From an uncultured Clostridia bacterium (GTDB taxonomy: Bacteria > Bacillota > Clostridia > Oscillospirales > Acutalibacteraceae): DNA of 64,000 nucleotides. Position 1 is the stretch's first letter. The number at the start of each line of letters is the position of its first letter. This document shows positions 33,328-44,855 of the stretch, piece after piece. The notes beneath the pieces were generated by a model, which was given only the letters and a program-made list of their open reading frames with translations, ran no database searches and was not told the DNA's origin. Position numbers and translations under genes: made by a program. The DNA is taken from contig CAMVLW010000006.1 of assembly GCA_947168445.1 (NCBI GenBank), positions 276 through 64,275 of the forward strand. Reading direction: 5' to 3'.

Positions 33328-34377
33328 ATGAAATATACCAAGCTTGGAAACGCGGACTTAACCGTTTCCCGCATTTGCATGGGCTGCATGGGTTTTGGCG
33401 ATTCCCAAAAGGGACAGCACAGCTGGACGCTCGACGAAGCGCACAGCAGAGAAATCATCAAACACGGCTTGGATTTGGGTGTGAATTTCTACGATACCGC
33501 CATAGGTTACCAGAGCGGAACCTGCGAGCAGTATGTCGGACGCGCGCTCCGTGATTTTGCCAAGCGTGAGGACGTGGTGGTTGCCACAAAGTTTCTTCCG
33601 CGCACAGCGGAGGAAATCGAAGGCGGCGTCAGCGGTCAGCAGCACATCGAAAATATGATTAATACCAGCCTGCGCAATCTCGGCATGGACTATGTGGATT
33701 TGTATATTTATCACATGTGGGATTGGAATACGCCGATTGAGGACATTCTCGACGGGCTGAACCGCGTTGTCAAGGCGGGCAAGGCGCGGTATATCGGCAT
33801 TTCCAACTGCTTTGCGTGGCAGCTTGCCAAGGCAAACGCCATCGCTGAAAAAGAGGGCTTTGCCAAGTTCGTTTCGGTTCAGGGACACTACAACCTTATT
33901 TTCCGCGAGGAGGAGCGCGAAATGGCGCCCTACTGCGCGGAGGAAAACATTGCGCTGACGCCCTACAGCGCGCTTGCAAGCGGCAGACTCTCGCGCAAGC
34001 CGGGGGAGAACGGCACCAAGCGTGCGGCGGAGGACGCTTACGCGAAGTTCAAATATGACGCCACCGCACCGCAGGACAGCGTGATTATCAACCGCGTTGC
34101 GGAGCTTGCGGAACAGCGCGGCGTGAGCATGACAGAGATTTCGCTCGCGTGGCTGTTGGAAAAGGTCACAGCGCCCGTTGTCGGCGCCACCAAGCCGCAC
34201 CATATCGAGGGCGCGGCAAAGGCGGTTGATTTGGAATTGACCGCAGAAGAAATCGCTTATCTTGAGGAGCCGTATGTGCCGCACGCGCTCGCGGGTGTGA
34301 TGGCGCAAAACAAGCGCGAAAACGCACAGGAAAAGCATGTCTGGACAACCGGAAGCCAGACGATTCAAACCAATTAA
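33328..34377 (+). CDS. Aldo/keto reductase
   Basis: FYDTAIGY, VATKF, DYVDLYIYH, GKARYIGISN, YSALASGRL. Confidence 0.92.
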   Translation: MKYTKLGNADLTVSRICMGCMGFGDSQKGQHSWTLDEAHSREIIKHGLDLGVNFYDTAIGYQSGTCEQYVGRALRDFAKREDVVVATKFLPRTAEEIEGGVSGQQHIENMINTSLRNLGMDYVDLYIYHMWDWNTPIEDILDGLNRVVKAGKARYIGISNCFAWQLAKANAIAEKEGFAKFVSVQGHYNLIFREEEREMAPYCAEENIALTPYSALASGRLSRKPGENGTKRAAEDAYAKFKYDATAPQDSVIINRVAELAEQRGVSMTEISLAWLLEKVTAPVVGATKPHHIEGAAKAVDLELTAEEIAYLEEPYVPHALAGVMAQNKRENAQEKHVWTTGSQTIQTN

Positions 34378-34444
34378 TGATTATGACGGCACGCTTTGCC
34401 GTTTTGTATAGACTTTTTTTCAGAATAGACAGACAGGTGATATT

Positions 34445-35065
34445 ATGCCAAAGGGGTCTCCCGAACTGACCAACGCACGCAGGGAAGAAATTATTTCCGC
34501 GTGCAAAACGCTCTACAAGGATTTGAGCTTCAAGGATATTACGATAATGAAAATCGCGGAATCCACCACCTTCTCCCGCGCTTCCATCTACAATTATTTT
34601 GAGACTAAGGAAGAGATTTTTCTTGCGATTTTGCAAAAGGAATACGAGCTTTGGGTTGCTGATTTGCAAAACCTTGCCGAACGCTTTGACAGCATGACAA
34701 AGGACGGTCTTGCGAGAGCGCTGGCGGAATCGCTGGAAAAGCGCCGTCTGCTCCTGAAGCTGATGAGCATGAACCATTACGATATGGAAGAAAACAGCCG
34801 CGAGGAACGCCTTCGCGAGTTCAAGGTCGCCTACGGCAATTCGCTGAAGGCGGTGGACAATTTGCTGCGAAAATTCTGCGGCGATATGGACGCTGCGGCG
34901 CGGCAGGCGTTTATCTATTCCTTCTTTCCGTTCATCTACGGCATCTATCCCTATACGGTCGTGACAGAAAAGCAAAAAAAGGCGATGGAGCAGGCGTCGG
35001 TCGGCTACACCTATTATTCCATCGGTGAGCTTGCCTACACCTGCGCTGTCAAGCTGCTTCAATAA
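34445..35065 (+). CDS. TetR/AcrR-family regulator
   Basis: ITIMKIAE...[19 protein letters not shown]. Confidence 0.9.
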   Translation: MPKGSPELTNARREEIISACKTLYKDLSFKDITIMKIAESTTFSRASIYNYFETKEEIFLAILQKEYELWVADLQNLAERFDSMTKDGLARALAESLEKRRLLLKLMSMNHYDMEENSREERLREFKVAYGNSLKAVDNLLRKFCGDMDAAARQAFIYSFFPFIYGIYPYTVVTEKQKKAMEQASVGYTYYSIGELAYTCAVKLLQ

Positions 35066-35087
35066 CATCAAAAAGGAGAGATTTATC

Positions 35088-35561
35088 ATGAGTAAAAAAC
35101 TGGTCGCATACTTTTCGGCAAGCGGCACCACCGCTGCCGCGGCAAAAAAATTGGCACAGGCGGCAGGCGCCGATTTGTATGAAATCAAGCCCGAAACGCC
35201 CTATACAAGAGCCGACCTCAATTGGCAGGACAAGAATTCGCGCAGCTCGCTTGAAATGCGCGACAAAAGTTCACGCCCCGCGCTTGCCGACGCTTCGGCA
35301 GACATCAGCGGCTACGACACCGTTTTTGTCGGCTTCCCGGTTTGGTGGTACGTTGCCCCGACCATCATCAACAGCTTTTTGGAAGCATATGATTTCAGCG
35401 GCAAGAAGATTGTTCTGTTCGCCACCTCCGGCGGCTCCGGCTTCGGAAAGGCGGTTGCAGGCTTGCAGCCCAGCGCTCCCGGCGCGACAATCGTTGAGGG
35501 CGCGATTCTCAACGGCAGACCTGACAGCGCAAAGCTGAAAGCGTTTGCGGACAAATACTAA
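35088..35561 (+). CDS. Flavodoxin
   Basis: [26 protein letters not shown]. Confidence 0.9.
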   Translation: MSKKLVAYFSASGTTAAAAKKLAQAAGADLYEIKPETPYTRADLNWQDKNSRSSLEMRDKSSRPALADASADISGYDTVFVGFPVWWYVAPTIINSFLEAYDFSGKKIVLFATSGGSGFGKAVAGLQPSAPGATIVEGAILNGRPDSAKLKAFADKY

Positions 35562-35746
35562 AGCTCACCTCATAAAACAAATAATGCGCCGGACGGTCAG
35601 ACAAGAAAGTCCGGCGTTTTTGCGTGTTATGGAATATGATGAAATTTGTCAGAATTTATCTTCATCTTCGGGTATTTTGTATCTGTTATTTTAAGACTAA
35701 GCGTGTTATAATATAGAAACAAGTTTTGAGTATGGGATGAGATGGC

Positions 35747-36577
35747 ATGAAACGAAAAAAAATCATCATGATTTCCGTCGGCGTTGCGGTTGTGGCGGCA
35801 ATTCTGTTTGCGGTTATTTTTGTGGCTCCGGTGCTTCGAGAAAACGAGAGCAAGAACAGATTGTTCCCGGAAATGAAGGCAAGACTCGGTGAGGTGGAAA
35901 GCTCTGTCGTCGGGCTTTTGCCGAAAACAGAAAACCGGAAAGACGGCTCCGTAACCTACGGACACGGCGGCAGCGGCGTGATAATCAGGCGTGACAGCGA
36001 CAAATGCTATGCCGTCACCGCGGCGCATGTTGTGAACGATAAAAACGCGGTCTATAAGGTCTACACCGCCAAAACCGAGGTGGAAACCGTCAGCGAGCCC
36101 GCCTTTGACAAGCTCGGCGTGGAGGTTCTCGACCCCGGCTTTTACGATAAGCTTGCGGACGTCAGGGTGGAATATGTCAGCCAATCGGCGGACTTGGCGA
36201 TTGTCAGCTTTCCGGCGGACAGCGAACTGGCTGTTGCGCAGCTGGACGAGGGAGACCCTTCTCCGGGCGACAAGCTGGTCTGTCTCGGACATCCCGACGG
36301 CAAGCGCCTGACGGTGTCCTACGGACTGATTACCTCCGATTTAAAAACCGTCACCATGACCGACAAGCAAAGCGGGCAGGAATCCACGGATGAAGTATAT
36401 GAGCACGACGCATACCTTCATCCCGGCAGCAGCGGCGGCGCTGCGTTTTCGGACGATATGCTGCTTTGCGGAATCAACACCGGCGGCGCGTTCGATTTGT
36501 TTGAGCATTTCAGCGGCGGCTTTATGATTCCCGTCAGCAGTGTGAGAGCCTGCATTGCAGAGTGGGAAAAACAATAA
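35747..36577 (+). CDS. Trypsin-like serine protease with N-terminal membrane anchor
   Basis: VTAAHVV, ADLAIV, GSSGG catalytic triad motifs. Confidence 0.85.
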   Translation: MKRKKIIMISVGVAVVAAILFAVIFVAPVLRENESKNRLFPEMKARLGEVESSVVGLLPKTENRKDGSVTYGHGGSGVIIRRDSDKCYAVTAAHVVNDKNAVYKVYTAKTEVETVSEPAFDKLGVEVLDPGFYDKLADVRVEYVSQSADLAIVSFPADSELAVAQLDEGDPSPGDKLVCLGHPDGKRLTVSYGLITSDLKTVTMTDKQSGQESTDEVYEHDAYLHPGSSGGAAFSDDMLLCGINTGGAFDLFEHFSGGFMIPVSSVRACIAEWEKQ

Positions 36578-36589
36578 TACAGAAAAGAT

Positions 36590-36628
36590 AAAAGACAGAC
36601 TGAACGCGCGTGTTCAGTCTGTCTTTTG
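36590..36628. terminator. Bidirectional intrinsic terminator
   Basis: AAAAGACAGACTGAAC...GTTCAGTCTGTCTTTT. Confidence 0.8.
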
Positions 36629-36645
36629 TTTTGTGAAGTATGCGC

Positions 36646-37416
36646 TCAGCGGATTGCCGCCTTCATCTTGCCGACATATTCACCGATATAGCGCGGTGCG
36701 TCGGTTCCGTACTGCTCCAGCAGTCTGACGATAGCCGAGCCGACAATCGCGCCGTCGGCAATGTCCGCCATAGCCTTTGCCTGTTCGGGCTTGGAAATAC
36801 CAAAGCCGATGGCGCAGGGAACGTCGGTGTTTTCGCGGATGATGTTGACAATGGAAGTCAAATCGGTTTGTATTTCACTTCTCTCGCCGGTAACGCCGAG
36901 GCTCGACACCAGATAAATAAAGCCCTCCGCTTCCTTGGCAATCATGCCGACGCGGTTTGCCGAGGTCGGAGCGATCAGCGAGATTAAATCCACGCCGTAT
37001 TTGCGGCAAACCGGCTGAAACTCGTCCTTTTCCTCAAACGGAATATCGGGGAGAATCAAGCCGTCAATGCCGATTTCGCGGCAGGTGGAAATGAACTTTT
37101 CCGTGCCGTAGGAGAACACCACGTTGGCGTAGGTCATGAATACCATCGGCACCGAGATTTTCCGGCGCAGCTCGCGGACAAAGTCAAAAATCTTATTTGT
37201 ATTTACGCCGCCGCGCAGCGCACGGATATTCGCGCCCTGAATCACGGGACCCTCGGCGGTGGGGTCGGAGAAGGGAATCCCCAGTTCAATCAAGTCCGCG
37301 CCGTTTTTCACCGCTTCCTTGACTGCGGCGGCGGTGGTTGCCAAATCGGGGTCGCCGCAGGTGATGAACGGAATGAACGCCTTGCCGTTTGCGAAGGCTT
37401 CTGCAATCTTACTCAT
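36646..37416 (-). CDS. trpA: Tryptophan synthase alpha chain
   Basis: [30 protein letters not shown]. Confidence 0.96.
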   Translation of the reverse strand: MSKIAEAFANGKAFIPFITCGDPDLATTAAAVKEAVKNGADLIELGIPFSDPTAEGPVIQGANIRALRGGVNTNKIFDFVRELRRKISVPMVFMTYANVVFSYGTEKFISTCREIGIDGLILPDIPFEEKDEFQPVCRKYGVDLISLIAPTSANRVGMIAKEAEGFIYLVSSLGVTGERSEIQTDLTSIVNIIRENTDVPCAIGFGISKPEQAKAMADIADGAIVGSAIVRLLEQYGTDAPRYIGEYVGKMKAAIR

Positions 37417-38599
37417 GAATATCCTCTCCTCTGTATCGCGCGATCGCCGCGCAGTCCTTGTCGCCTCTGCCGGAGACAGTGACAACGATAATCTGTTTCT
37501 TGTCCATTTTCGGAGCGATTTTCATGGCGTGCGCCAAAGCGTGCGACGACTCAATCGCGGGAATAATGCCCTCGGTTTTTGAAACATATTCAAATGCGTC
37601 AACCGCCTCGTCGTCGGTAATCGCCACATATTCCGCTCTGCCGATGTCATACAAATGCGCGTGTTCGGGGCCGACGCCCGGATAGTCCAGACCTGCCGAA
37701 ATGGAGTAAACAGGCGCAATCTGACCGTTTTCGTCCTGGCAAAAATAGGATTTCATGCCGTGGAAAATGCCGAGCCTGCCGGTGGAAATCGTCGCCGCGG
37801 TTTCAAAGGTGTCAATTCCTCTGCCTGCCGCCTCACAGCCGATCAAGCGCACGTCCTTGTCCTCAATAAAGTGGTAAAAGCTGCCGATAGCGTTGGAGCC
37901 GCCGCCTACGCAGGCAATCACCGCGTCGGGCAGTCTGCCTTCCTTTTCCAGCATTTGTTCCTTGATTTCCTTGGAAATCACCGCCTGAAAATCGCGCACA
38001 ATCGTGGGGAAGGGGTGAGGACCCATCACGGAGCCGAGACAGTAATGCGTGTCGCTGATTCTCGTTGTCCATTCGCGCATGGCTTCGGAAACCGCGTCCT
38101 TCAGGGTTGCGGTGCCGGTGGTGACGGGAACCACCTTGGAACCCAGCAGCCGCATTTTGTAGACATTGAGCGCCTGGCGTTTGGTGTCCTCCTCGCCCAT
38201 AAAGACCACACATTCCATGTCCAACAGCGCCGCTGCCGTGGCGGTGGCAACGCCGTGCTGACCTGCGCCGGTCTCGGCAATCAGGCGGGTTTTGCCCATC
38301 TTTTTCGCCAGCAGCGCCTGTCCGAGCACGTTATTGATTTTATGTGCGCCTGTATGGTTAAGATCCTCGCGCTTGAGATAGATTTTTGCGCCGCCGAGAT
38401 TCTTTGTCATTTTTTCGGCGTAATAGAGCCGCGACGGTCTGCCCGCGTAATCATTGAGTAACGCTTGCAGTTCGCGGTTGAATTCGGGGTCGTTTTTGTA
38501 GTGGTTATACGCCTCTTCCAGTTCAATCACAGCGTTCATCAGGGTTTCGGGAATGTACTGCCCGCCGTGAATACCGAAACGGCCGTTTGGATTTGTCAT
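37409..38599 (-). CDS. trpB: Tryptophan synthase beta chain
   Basis: [36 protein letters not shown]. Confidence 0.98.
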   Translation of the reverse strand: MTNPNGRFGIHGGQYIPETLMNAVIELEEAYNHYKNDPEFNRELQALLNDYAGRPSRLYYAEKMTKNLGGAKIYLKREDLNHTGAHKINNVLGQALLAKKMGKTRLIAETGAGQHGVATATAAALLDMECVVFMGEEDTKRQALNVYKMRLLGSKVVPVTTGTATLKDAVSEAMREWTTRISDTHYCLGSVMGPHPFPTIVRDFQAVISKEIKEQMLEKEGRLPDAVIACVGGGSNAIGSFYHFIEDKDVRLIGCEAAGRGIDTFETAATISTGRLGIFHGMKSYFCQDENGQIAPVYSISAGLDYPGVGPEHAHLYDIGRAEYVAITDDEAVDAFEYVSKTEGIIPAIESSHALAHAMKIAPKMDKKQIIVVTVSGRGDKDCAAIARYRGEDIHE

Positions 38600-39204
38600 T
38601 GCTGTTCTCCCTTTCTGACTGCGGCGACAAACGCCGTCATTTTTTCTGCGTCCTTTACGCCGTCTGTTTCAATGCCTGAGCTCACGTCCACCGCGAATGG
38701 CTGCAGCGCGGCGACCGCTTCTGCGGCGTTTGCGGGATTCAAGCCTCCCGCCAGAAAATACGGTCTGTTAATATGCGCTAACAGGCGCCAGTCAAAGGCT
38801 TTTCCGCTGCCCTTGCCGCCGTCAAGCAGAATATAATCGGCGCTTGACGCTTCCGCACGGCGCACATCCTCGGCGGAGTTGATGATAAACGCCTTAATGA
38901 TGGGCTTATCGGTGATGGCGCGCAGCTTTTTGATGTATTCCTCGTCCTCGCTGCCGTGCAGCTGAACCACATCCACAATGCCGAGATTCAGCATACCCGC
39001 CACCATGTCAAGGTCGTCGTCCAGAAAAACGCCCACCGCCTGAATACCGGGAGCAAGCTTGCTTTTCAACTCTGCTGCCTGTAAATTTGTCACTCTGCGT
39101 TTGCTTTTTGCGGCGAACACCATGCCGATAAAATCGGGCTTGAGCGTGTTTGCCGTTTCTATATCCTGCATGCGGGTCAGCCCGCACAGCTTTATCTTTG
39201 TCAT
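38596..39204 (-). CDS. trpF: Phosphoribosylanthranilate isomerase
   Basis: [29 protein letters not shown]. Confidence 0.96.
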   Translation of the reverse strand: MTKIKLCGLTRMQDIETANTLKPDFIGMVFAAKSKRRVTNLQAAELKSKLAPGIQAVGVFLDDDLDMVAGMLNLGIVDVVQLHGSEDEEYIKKLRAITDKPIIKAFIINSAEDVRRAEASSADYILLDGGKGSGKAFDWRLLAHINRPYFLAGGLNPANAAEAVAALQPFAVDVSSGIETDGVKDAEKMTAFVAAVRKGEQQ

Positions 39205-39983
39205 ATTCTTCCCCTGAGTTCGTTAAGTTTTTGCGTTTTGTCGGCCGCCCGCATCAGCGTTTCGCCGACCAGCACCGCGTCCGCGCCGATTTCCCGCAGC
39301 GTTTGCACATCCTCGGCGGTTTTAACGCCGCTTTCCGAGACAAACAGAATGTCCTTCGGAACCATGCCGCGCAGCCTTCGGCTGTTTTGAGCGTCCACGG
39401 TAAAATCCTTTAGATTGCGGTTGTTTACGCCGATGATTCTCGCGCCCGCGTTCAGCGCCGTTTCCGTTTCGGCTTCATCATGCACCTCCACCAGTGCGGA
39501 GAGTCCCAGCGTATCGCAGACGTCAAGGTAGTTTTTCAGCTGTTCTTCGCTTAAAATTGAAACAATCAGCAGCACCGCCGCAGCGCCCAGCAGCTTTGCT
39601 TCATAAATCATGTATGCGTCCACGGTGAAGTCCTTGCGCAGACAGGGCAGCGCGACGCTTGCGGCAATTTCCTTTAAGTATTCGCCGCTGCCCAAGAACC
39701 ACTTCGGCTCTGTCAGAACCGAAATACAGTCCGCGCCTGCGGCTTCATATTCCCGCGCGATTTGCAGATAGGGAAAATCGGGCGCGATTAAGCCCTTTGA
39801 GGGCGACGCTTTTTTGCACTCGCAGATAAAGGCAAGATTGTTGCTCTTTATGGCGTTTTCAAACGAAAACCGACCTCTCGGCAGCGCGAGCGCCTGCTTT
39901 TTTATTTCTTCAAAAGAATTTATTTGTTTTGCCGCTTCGCACCGTTCCGCTGCGTGCGCGGCAAGCTGTTCCAAAATATTCAT
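39201..39983 (-). CDS. trpC: Indole-3-glycerol phosphate synthase
   Basis: ECKKASPSKG, LRKDF, IGVNNRNL, VSESG. Confidence 0.96.
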   Translation of the reverse strand: MNILEQLAAHAAERCEAAKQINSFEEIKKQALALPRGRFSFENAIKSNNLAFICECKKASPSKGLIAPDFPYLQIAREYEAAGADCISVLTEPKWFLGSGEYLKEIAASVALPCLRKDFTVDAYMIYEAKLLGAAAVLLIVSILSEEQLKNYLDVCDTLGLSALVEVHDEAETETALNAGARIIGVNNRNLKDFTVDAQNSRRLRGMVPKDILFVSESGVKTAEDVQTLREIGADAVLVGETLMRAADKTQKLNELRGRI

Positions 39984-39986
39984 GCT

Positions 39987-41009
39987 TTACTCCGCTTGAT
40001 TGCTGACTTCAATCAGCCTTTCGAGGGTTTGCAGCGCCTTGCCGGAATCAATCAGTTCCGCCGCGAGCGCAATACCCGCCTTCATGCTGTCCGCCTTGCC
40101 GCCGATATAAAGCGCGGCGCCCGCGTTGAGGAGCACCGCATTGCGCTGATGTCCGGGCTTTCCCGCAAGCACATCGCGTGTAATCTGCGCGTTTTCGGCG
40201 GGTGTGCCGCCCTTCAAATCATCCTTTTGACAGCGTTCAAAGCCGAAATCCTCCGGCTTAACGGTGTAGGTTTTCATCCAGCCGTTTTTGATTTCACAGA
40301 TTTTCGTCGGTGCGCTGAGCGAGATTTCGTCAAGCTTGTCCGTTCCGTAAACCACCATGCCGCGCTTGACGCCGAGGTCAATCAAAACCTGCGCCAGCGG
40401 CTCGACCAGATAGTCGTCATACACGCCGAGCAGCTGCATGGAGGGAGAAGCGGGATTGGTGAGCGGTCCGAGAATGTTGAACACTGTGCGGAAGCCCAGT
40501 TCGCGGCGGATGGCGCCGACGTATTTCATGGAGGTGTGGTACTGCTGCGCAAAGAAAAAGCACATGCCTGCCTTGTCTAACAGTTCCACGCATTTTTGCG
40601 GACTTTGGTTGATGTTCACGCCGAGCGCTTCCAGACAGTCGGCGGTGCCGCTGCTTGACGAAGCCGCACGGTTGCCGTGCTTGGCAACCTTAATGCCGCC
40701 TGCCGCCGCGATCAGCGCCGAGGTGGTGGAAATGTTAAAGCTGTGGGCGTTGTCGCCGCCCGTGCCGACAATTTCAAACACCTCCATGCCGGTTTCAACC
40801 TTAGTGGCGTGGTCGCGCATTGCCGTGGCGCAGCCCGCGATTTCATCTGTTGTTTCCGCCTTGGCGCTCTTGGTGGACAGTGCCGCCAGAAACGCCGCGT
40901 TTTGCGTCGGTGTGGTCTTGCCGTCCATGATTTCGTTCATGACGGTGTACGCTTCCTCGTAGGACAAATCCTCCTTGCTGACAATCTTGACAATCGCTTC
41001 TTTAATCAT
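39987..41009 (-). CDS. trpD: Anthranilate phosphoribosyltransferase
   Basis: [30 protein letters not shown]. Confidence 0.96.
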   Translation of the reverse strand: MIKEAIVKIVSKEDLSYEEAYTVMNEIMDGKTTPTQNAAFLAALSTKSAKAETTDEIAGCATAMRDHATKVETGMEVFEIVGTGGDNAHSFNISTTSALIAAAGGIKVAKHGNRAASSSSGTADCLEALGVNINQSPQKCVELLDKAGMCFFFAQQYHTSMKYVGAIRRELGFRTVFNILGPLTNPASPSMQLLGVYDDYLVEPLAQVLIDLGVKRGMVVYGTDKLDEISLSAPTKICEIKNGWMKTYTVKPEDFGFERCQKDDLKGGTPAENAQITRDVLAGKPGHQRNAVLLNAGAALYIGGKADSMKAGIALAAELIDSGKALQTLERLIEVSNQAE

Positions 41010-41073
41010 AATGATGTTTTCCTTCCTTAACCTTTTTATTTTACCCTAAAATGTACTAAAAATCTACCCAAAT

Positions 41074-41640
41074 TTAACCCAATATAAAGTTTTGCAGCAT
41101 TTTTTTGCCGTGCGGCGTCATGATGGACTCTGGGTGAAACTGCACGCCGAACACCGGGTATTCCGTGTGCTGCACCGCCATTACCTCGCCGTCGGCGGTT
41201 TTGGCGGTCACACGCAAGCAGCCGGGCAGCGTGGCTTCGTCTGCCGCCAGCGAATGATACCGCGCAACAGGCGCTTGTTCGGGAACGCCGTCAAAGAGCG
41301 GACAGGCTTTATCAAAGGCGGCGACGCTTTGCTTGCCGTGCATTAATTCCTTGGCATAGGTAATCGTTGCGCCGAACGCTGCGCAAATCGCCTGATGTCC
41401 CAGACACACGCCCAATACGGGAATCTCCGCTCCCAGTTCCTTCACCACGTCGATGATAACGCCCGCGTGTTCGGGTCTGCCCGGTCCCGGAGAGAGGACA
41501 ATGCGGGCAGGGGAGAGCGCCCTGATTTCGTCAACAGTCATTTCGTCATTGCGGATTACCCGGATGTCGGGGTCAATGCCGCCAATCAGCTGATAGAGAT
41601 TGTAGGAAAAGCTGTCGTAATTATCAATCAGTAAAATCAT
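41074..41640 (-). CDS. trpG: Anthranilate synthase component II
   Basis: IDNYDSFSYNL, SPGPG, GVCLGHQ, QFHPES. Confidence 0.96.
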   Translation of the reverse strand: MILLIDNYDSFSYNLYQLIGGIDPDIRVIRNDEMTVDEIRALSPARIVLSPGPGRPEHAGVIIDVVKELGAEIPVLGVCLGHQAICAAFGATITYAKELMHGKQSVAAFDKACPLFDGVPEQAPVARYHSLAADEATLPGCLRVTAKTADGEVMAVQHTEYPVFGVQFHPESIMTPHGKKMLQNFILG

Positions 41641-43106
41641 AGCGCCGCCTCCTGTGAAAGCTCCAGCGCGCGCAGCGAGGCTTTCGCCTTGTTAAGACAT
41701 TCCTCAAATTCCTTTTCGGGATTGGAATCCGCGACAATGCCTGCGCCGCTTCTGACGAACACCTTGCCGTTTTTCTTGTAGGCAATGCGAATGGCAATGC
41801 AGGTGTCCATGTTGCCTGTGAAGTCAATATAACCGATTGCGCCGCCGTAAATGCCGCGCTTGTTGTTTTCAAGCGCGCCAATCAGCTGACAGGCGCGGAT
41901 TTTCGGAGCGCCCGAAAGCGTTCCGGCAGGAAGCACCGCCTCAATCGCGTCCAGCGCGTCCTTGTCGTCCCGGATTTCGCCGCGCACCGTGGAGCCGATG
42001 TGCATCACGTGGGAGTACCGCTCAATCGAGTGCAGCTTTTCTACCTCCACCGTGCCGAATTTGCTGATTTTGCCGAGGTCGTTGCGCCCAAGGTCAACCA
42101 GCATGTTGTGTTCGGCAAGCTCCTTTTCGTCTGAGAGCAGCTCCCGCTCCAGCGCCAAATCCTCCTGCTCGGTTTTGCCGCGCGGTCGCGTGCCCGCAAG
42201 CGGAAAGGTGTGCAGCACACCGTTTTCCAGCTTGACGAGCGTTTCGGGAGAAGCGCCCGCTACCTCAACGTCCGTGCCCGAAAAATAGAACATGTAGGGT
42301 GAGGGATTCATTGTGCGCAGAACGCGGTAGGTGTCGAGCAGGCTGCCCTCAAACGGCGCGCTCAGGCGGTTTGACAGCACAATCTGAAAAATATCGCCCT
42401 CGCGGATGTGCCGCTTTGCACGCTCCACCATGCCGCAGTATTGCTCTTTGTTAAACAGCGGCGTCACCTCGCCAAGCAGCCTGCCGCGCTGTTCTTCAGC
42501 CTTTTTACCGTTTTTCAGCAGCGACGCCAAATCACGGAGGTCGTCTGCCGCCCTTTGATAATTCGCTTCAAGGTCGCTGAGCTTCATGTTGACAATCAGC
42601 ACAATCTTTTGCCGCACGTTGTCAAAGGCAATCACCTTGTCAAACAGCATTAAGTCAACGTCCTTGAACGCCTCGCTGTCCTCGACAGCGCACTTAACGC
42701 GCGGCTCGCTGTAGCCGAGATAATCATATGAAAAATAGCCGACCAAGCCGCCTGTGAACGGCGGAAGCCCCTCAATACGCGGGCTTTTGCAGGCGGAGAG
42801 CAGTTCCCTGAGAAATGCCGAGGGATTGTCCGTTTTCAGGGTTTTGTCTCCCGCCTTCATCACGCCGTCGATACAGGTGATTTCCATTTTCGGCTCAAAG
42901 CCGAGAAAGGTGTAGCGCCCCCACCGGTCGTTTGCCTGTGCGGATTCCAGCATATAGCAGTGCGTGGAAACCGTTTTTAAAATGCGCATGGCTTCAATCG
43001 GCGTGGTGAAGTCCGAAAGAATTTCACAGCTCAGCGGAACAACGTCATAGCTGCCCTGCGCCGCAATGCGCTGAACTTCTTCAAAAGCAGGGAAAATCTG
43101 CATCAT
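41637..43106 (-). CDS. trpE: Anthranilate synthase component I
   Basis: MLES, NPSPYM, PLAGTRPRG, EHNMLVDLGRND, GTLSGAPK. Confidence 0.96.
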   Translation of the reverse strand: MMQIFPAFEEVQRIAAQGSYDVVPLSCEILSDFTTPIEAMRILKTVSTHCYMLESAQANDRWGRYTFLGFEPKMEITCIDGVMKAGDKTLKTDNPSAFLRELLSACKSPRIEGLPPFTGGLVGYFSYDYLGYSEPRVKCAVEDSEAFKDVDLMLFDKVIAFDNVRQKIVLIVNMKLSDLEANYQRAADDLRDLASLLKNGKKAEEQRGRLLGEVTPLFNKEQYCGMVERAKRHIREGDIFQIVLSNRLSAPFEGSLLDTYRVLRTMNPSPYMFYFSGTDVEVAGASPETLVKLENGVLHTFPLAGTRPRGKTEQEDLALERELLSDEKELAEHNMLVDLGRNDLGKISKFGTVEVEKLHSIERYSHVMHIGSTVRGEIRDDKDALDAIEAVLPAGTLSGAPKIRACQLIGALENNKRGIYGGAIGYIDFTGNMDTCIAIRIAYKKNGKVFVRSGAGIVADSNPEKEFEECLNKAKASLRALELSQEAAL

Positions 43107-43125
43107 CTAACCTCCTGTCAGATAA

Positions 43126-43400
43126 AATAAAAACGCCCTCAACAGAGTAAAGCTCTGTTAAGGACGAATAAAAGCTTATCCGCGGTGCCACCTTAATTTC
43201 ACGGTTAACCCGTGCGCTTTGCGGGATACCAACATATCCCCGGCAAGTTACGTCTGCCTGCACGTCGCAGAATACTCCGGAAAAATTCCGTTTGACTGCG
43301 CCCTCCGCGGTCCATTTGACAACTTGTTTCTCACCTGACTCTCAGCGCCGCAGGCTCTCTGTAGGGGCATGATTGCCGTTATCTCCGCTTCAACGGTTTA
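43126..43400 (-). ncRNA. T-box riboswitch (Trp-specific) leader
   Basis: Minus strand: AGAGA and GCTGAGA stem-I boxes, UGG specifier (43312-43314), AAGGTGGCACCGCG T-box (43181-43194), terminator before trpE. Confidence 0.93.
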
Positions 43401-43565
43401 GTATCTTAAATTAAACGTATTTTAGCACTCTTTTTGCGCTCTGTCAAGTGCTTTCGGAAAAAACTTCATTTTCTTGTCATAAATTGTCTTAAAGGTTTTG
43501 TTAAATCAAAATTGTCTGCCCGGCGGACAGGCTGCGGAAGGTGTTTTCTGTCAGCGCCGTAATTT

Positions 43566-44789
43566 TCACTGTACTCTCTCGCTTGCCCTTCGCATATATT
43601 CGGCGGTTCTGTGGAGAATTTCGCCTTTGTAAATCTGTTCCAAATGTCCCTCAAAATCGAGGTGATAGCGCTCCTGCAGCCGTTGAAAATGTTCTCTGCG
43701 CTCGGCTTCGCGGGCGCGCTTCGGCTCCTCCAAAAAGTCGTCGAAGCTAAGCTGCCGCTCCTCGCCCGAAAGGTTATAGATTCCTACCCCAATCAGCCGC
43801 ACAGGGCGCTTGTTCACCTGCTCAAACAGCTGCAGCGCTTCGTGATAAACCGTGATGGCAGAGTCGCAAGGAGGCACAATTTTGGAGCGCGTAATGCTTT
43901 TCATGTCGGCATAGGTGATTTTCAGCGAAACGCCCTTGCCGAACAGCCCGTAGCGCTTGGCGCGGTGCTCCACACAGAGCGAGAGCAAAAACATCACGTC
44001 TTTCAGCAGCGCCTCGTTTGTCACATCCTGCTGAAAGGTCAGCTCCTTGCCGATGGATTTCGCGTTTTGCGGAAGGTAGGGAACCACCTTGCGGTCATCA
44101 ACGCCGAACGCGATTTGCGTAATCCACTGCCCCTGCTTTCCAAACAGGCGAATCACGTCGTCCTTGTGCTCCTGAATGTCGCGCACGGTGTGAATTCCGG
44201 CGGCGTAGAGTTTTTCGGCGGTTTTCGCGCCCACCGTATAGAGCACGCGCACGTCGCGGTCAATGATGAGATTGACAAAATCAAGCGGTGTGGGAATTTC
44301 AAAATAGCCGTCGGGCTTTTTCTCCTCGCTCGCGGTTTTTGCCGCCGTTTTGGAATACGCCACGCCGACCGAGCAGCTTAGTCCCAGCTCCTGTTGGGTG
44401 CGCCGCTTGATGGTTTTCGCGATTTCACGCGCGCCGTCAAAGGTTTTGGCGCGTTTGGTCACGTCGAGATACGCTTCGTCAAGCGCAATCCGCTCCGACG
44501 CGGTGGCGTAATCGTCCCAGATTTGGTGAAGCTGAGCGGACACCGCCTTGTATTTTTCAAAGTTCGGGTGCATGTAAATGCCGCGCGGACACAAACGGTA
44601 GGCTTCCTTGATGTTCATAGCGGAATGAATACCGAATTTTCGCGCTTCATAGCTGCACGTTGCCACCACGCCGCGTTCGCTCGGCAGCGAGCCGATAATC
44701 AGCGGCTTGCCGCGCAGTGAGGGATTATCGCGGATTTCCACAGAGGCGTAAAAAGCGTCCATGTCCACATGAATGATGATTTGATTCAC
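43566..44789 (-). CDS. dinB: DNA polymerase IV
   Basis: HVDMDAFYASVE, CSYEARKFG, ALDEAYLD, KPDG. Confidence 0.95.
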   Translation of the reverse strand: MNQIIIHVDMDAFYASVEIRDNPSLRGKPLIIGSLPSERGVVATCSYEARKFGIHSAMNIKEAYRLCPRGIYMHPNFEKYKAVSAQLHQIWDDYATASERIALDEAYLDVTKRAKTFDGAREIAKTIKRRTQQELGLSCSVGVAYSKTAAKTASEEKKPDGYFEIPTPLDFVNLIIDRDVRVLYTVGAKTAEKLYAAGIHTVRDIQEHKDDVIRLFGKQGQWITQIAFGVDDRKVVPYLPQNAKSIGKELTFQQDVTNEALLKDVMFLLSLCVEHRAKRYGLFGKGVSLKITYADMKSITRSKIVPPCDSAITVYHEALQLFEQVNKRPVRLIGVGIYNLSGEERQLSFDDFLEEPKRAREAERREHFQRLQERYHLDFEGHLEQIYKGEILHRTAEYMRRASERVQ

Positions 44790-44855
44790 TTTTTACCCTC
44801 CTTTTTCATGATAAAAACACCTCAATGCGTTTGCACCGAGGTGTATTATATCGGT

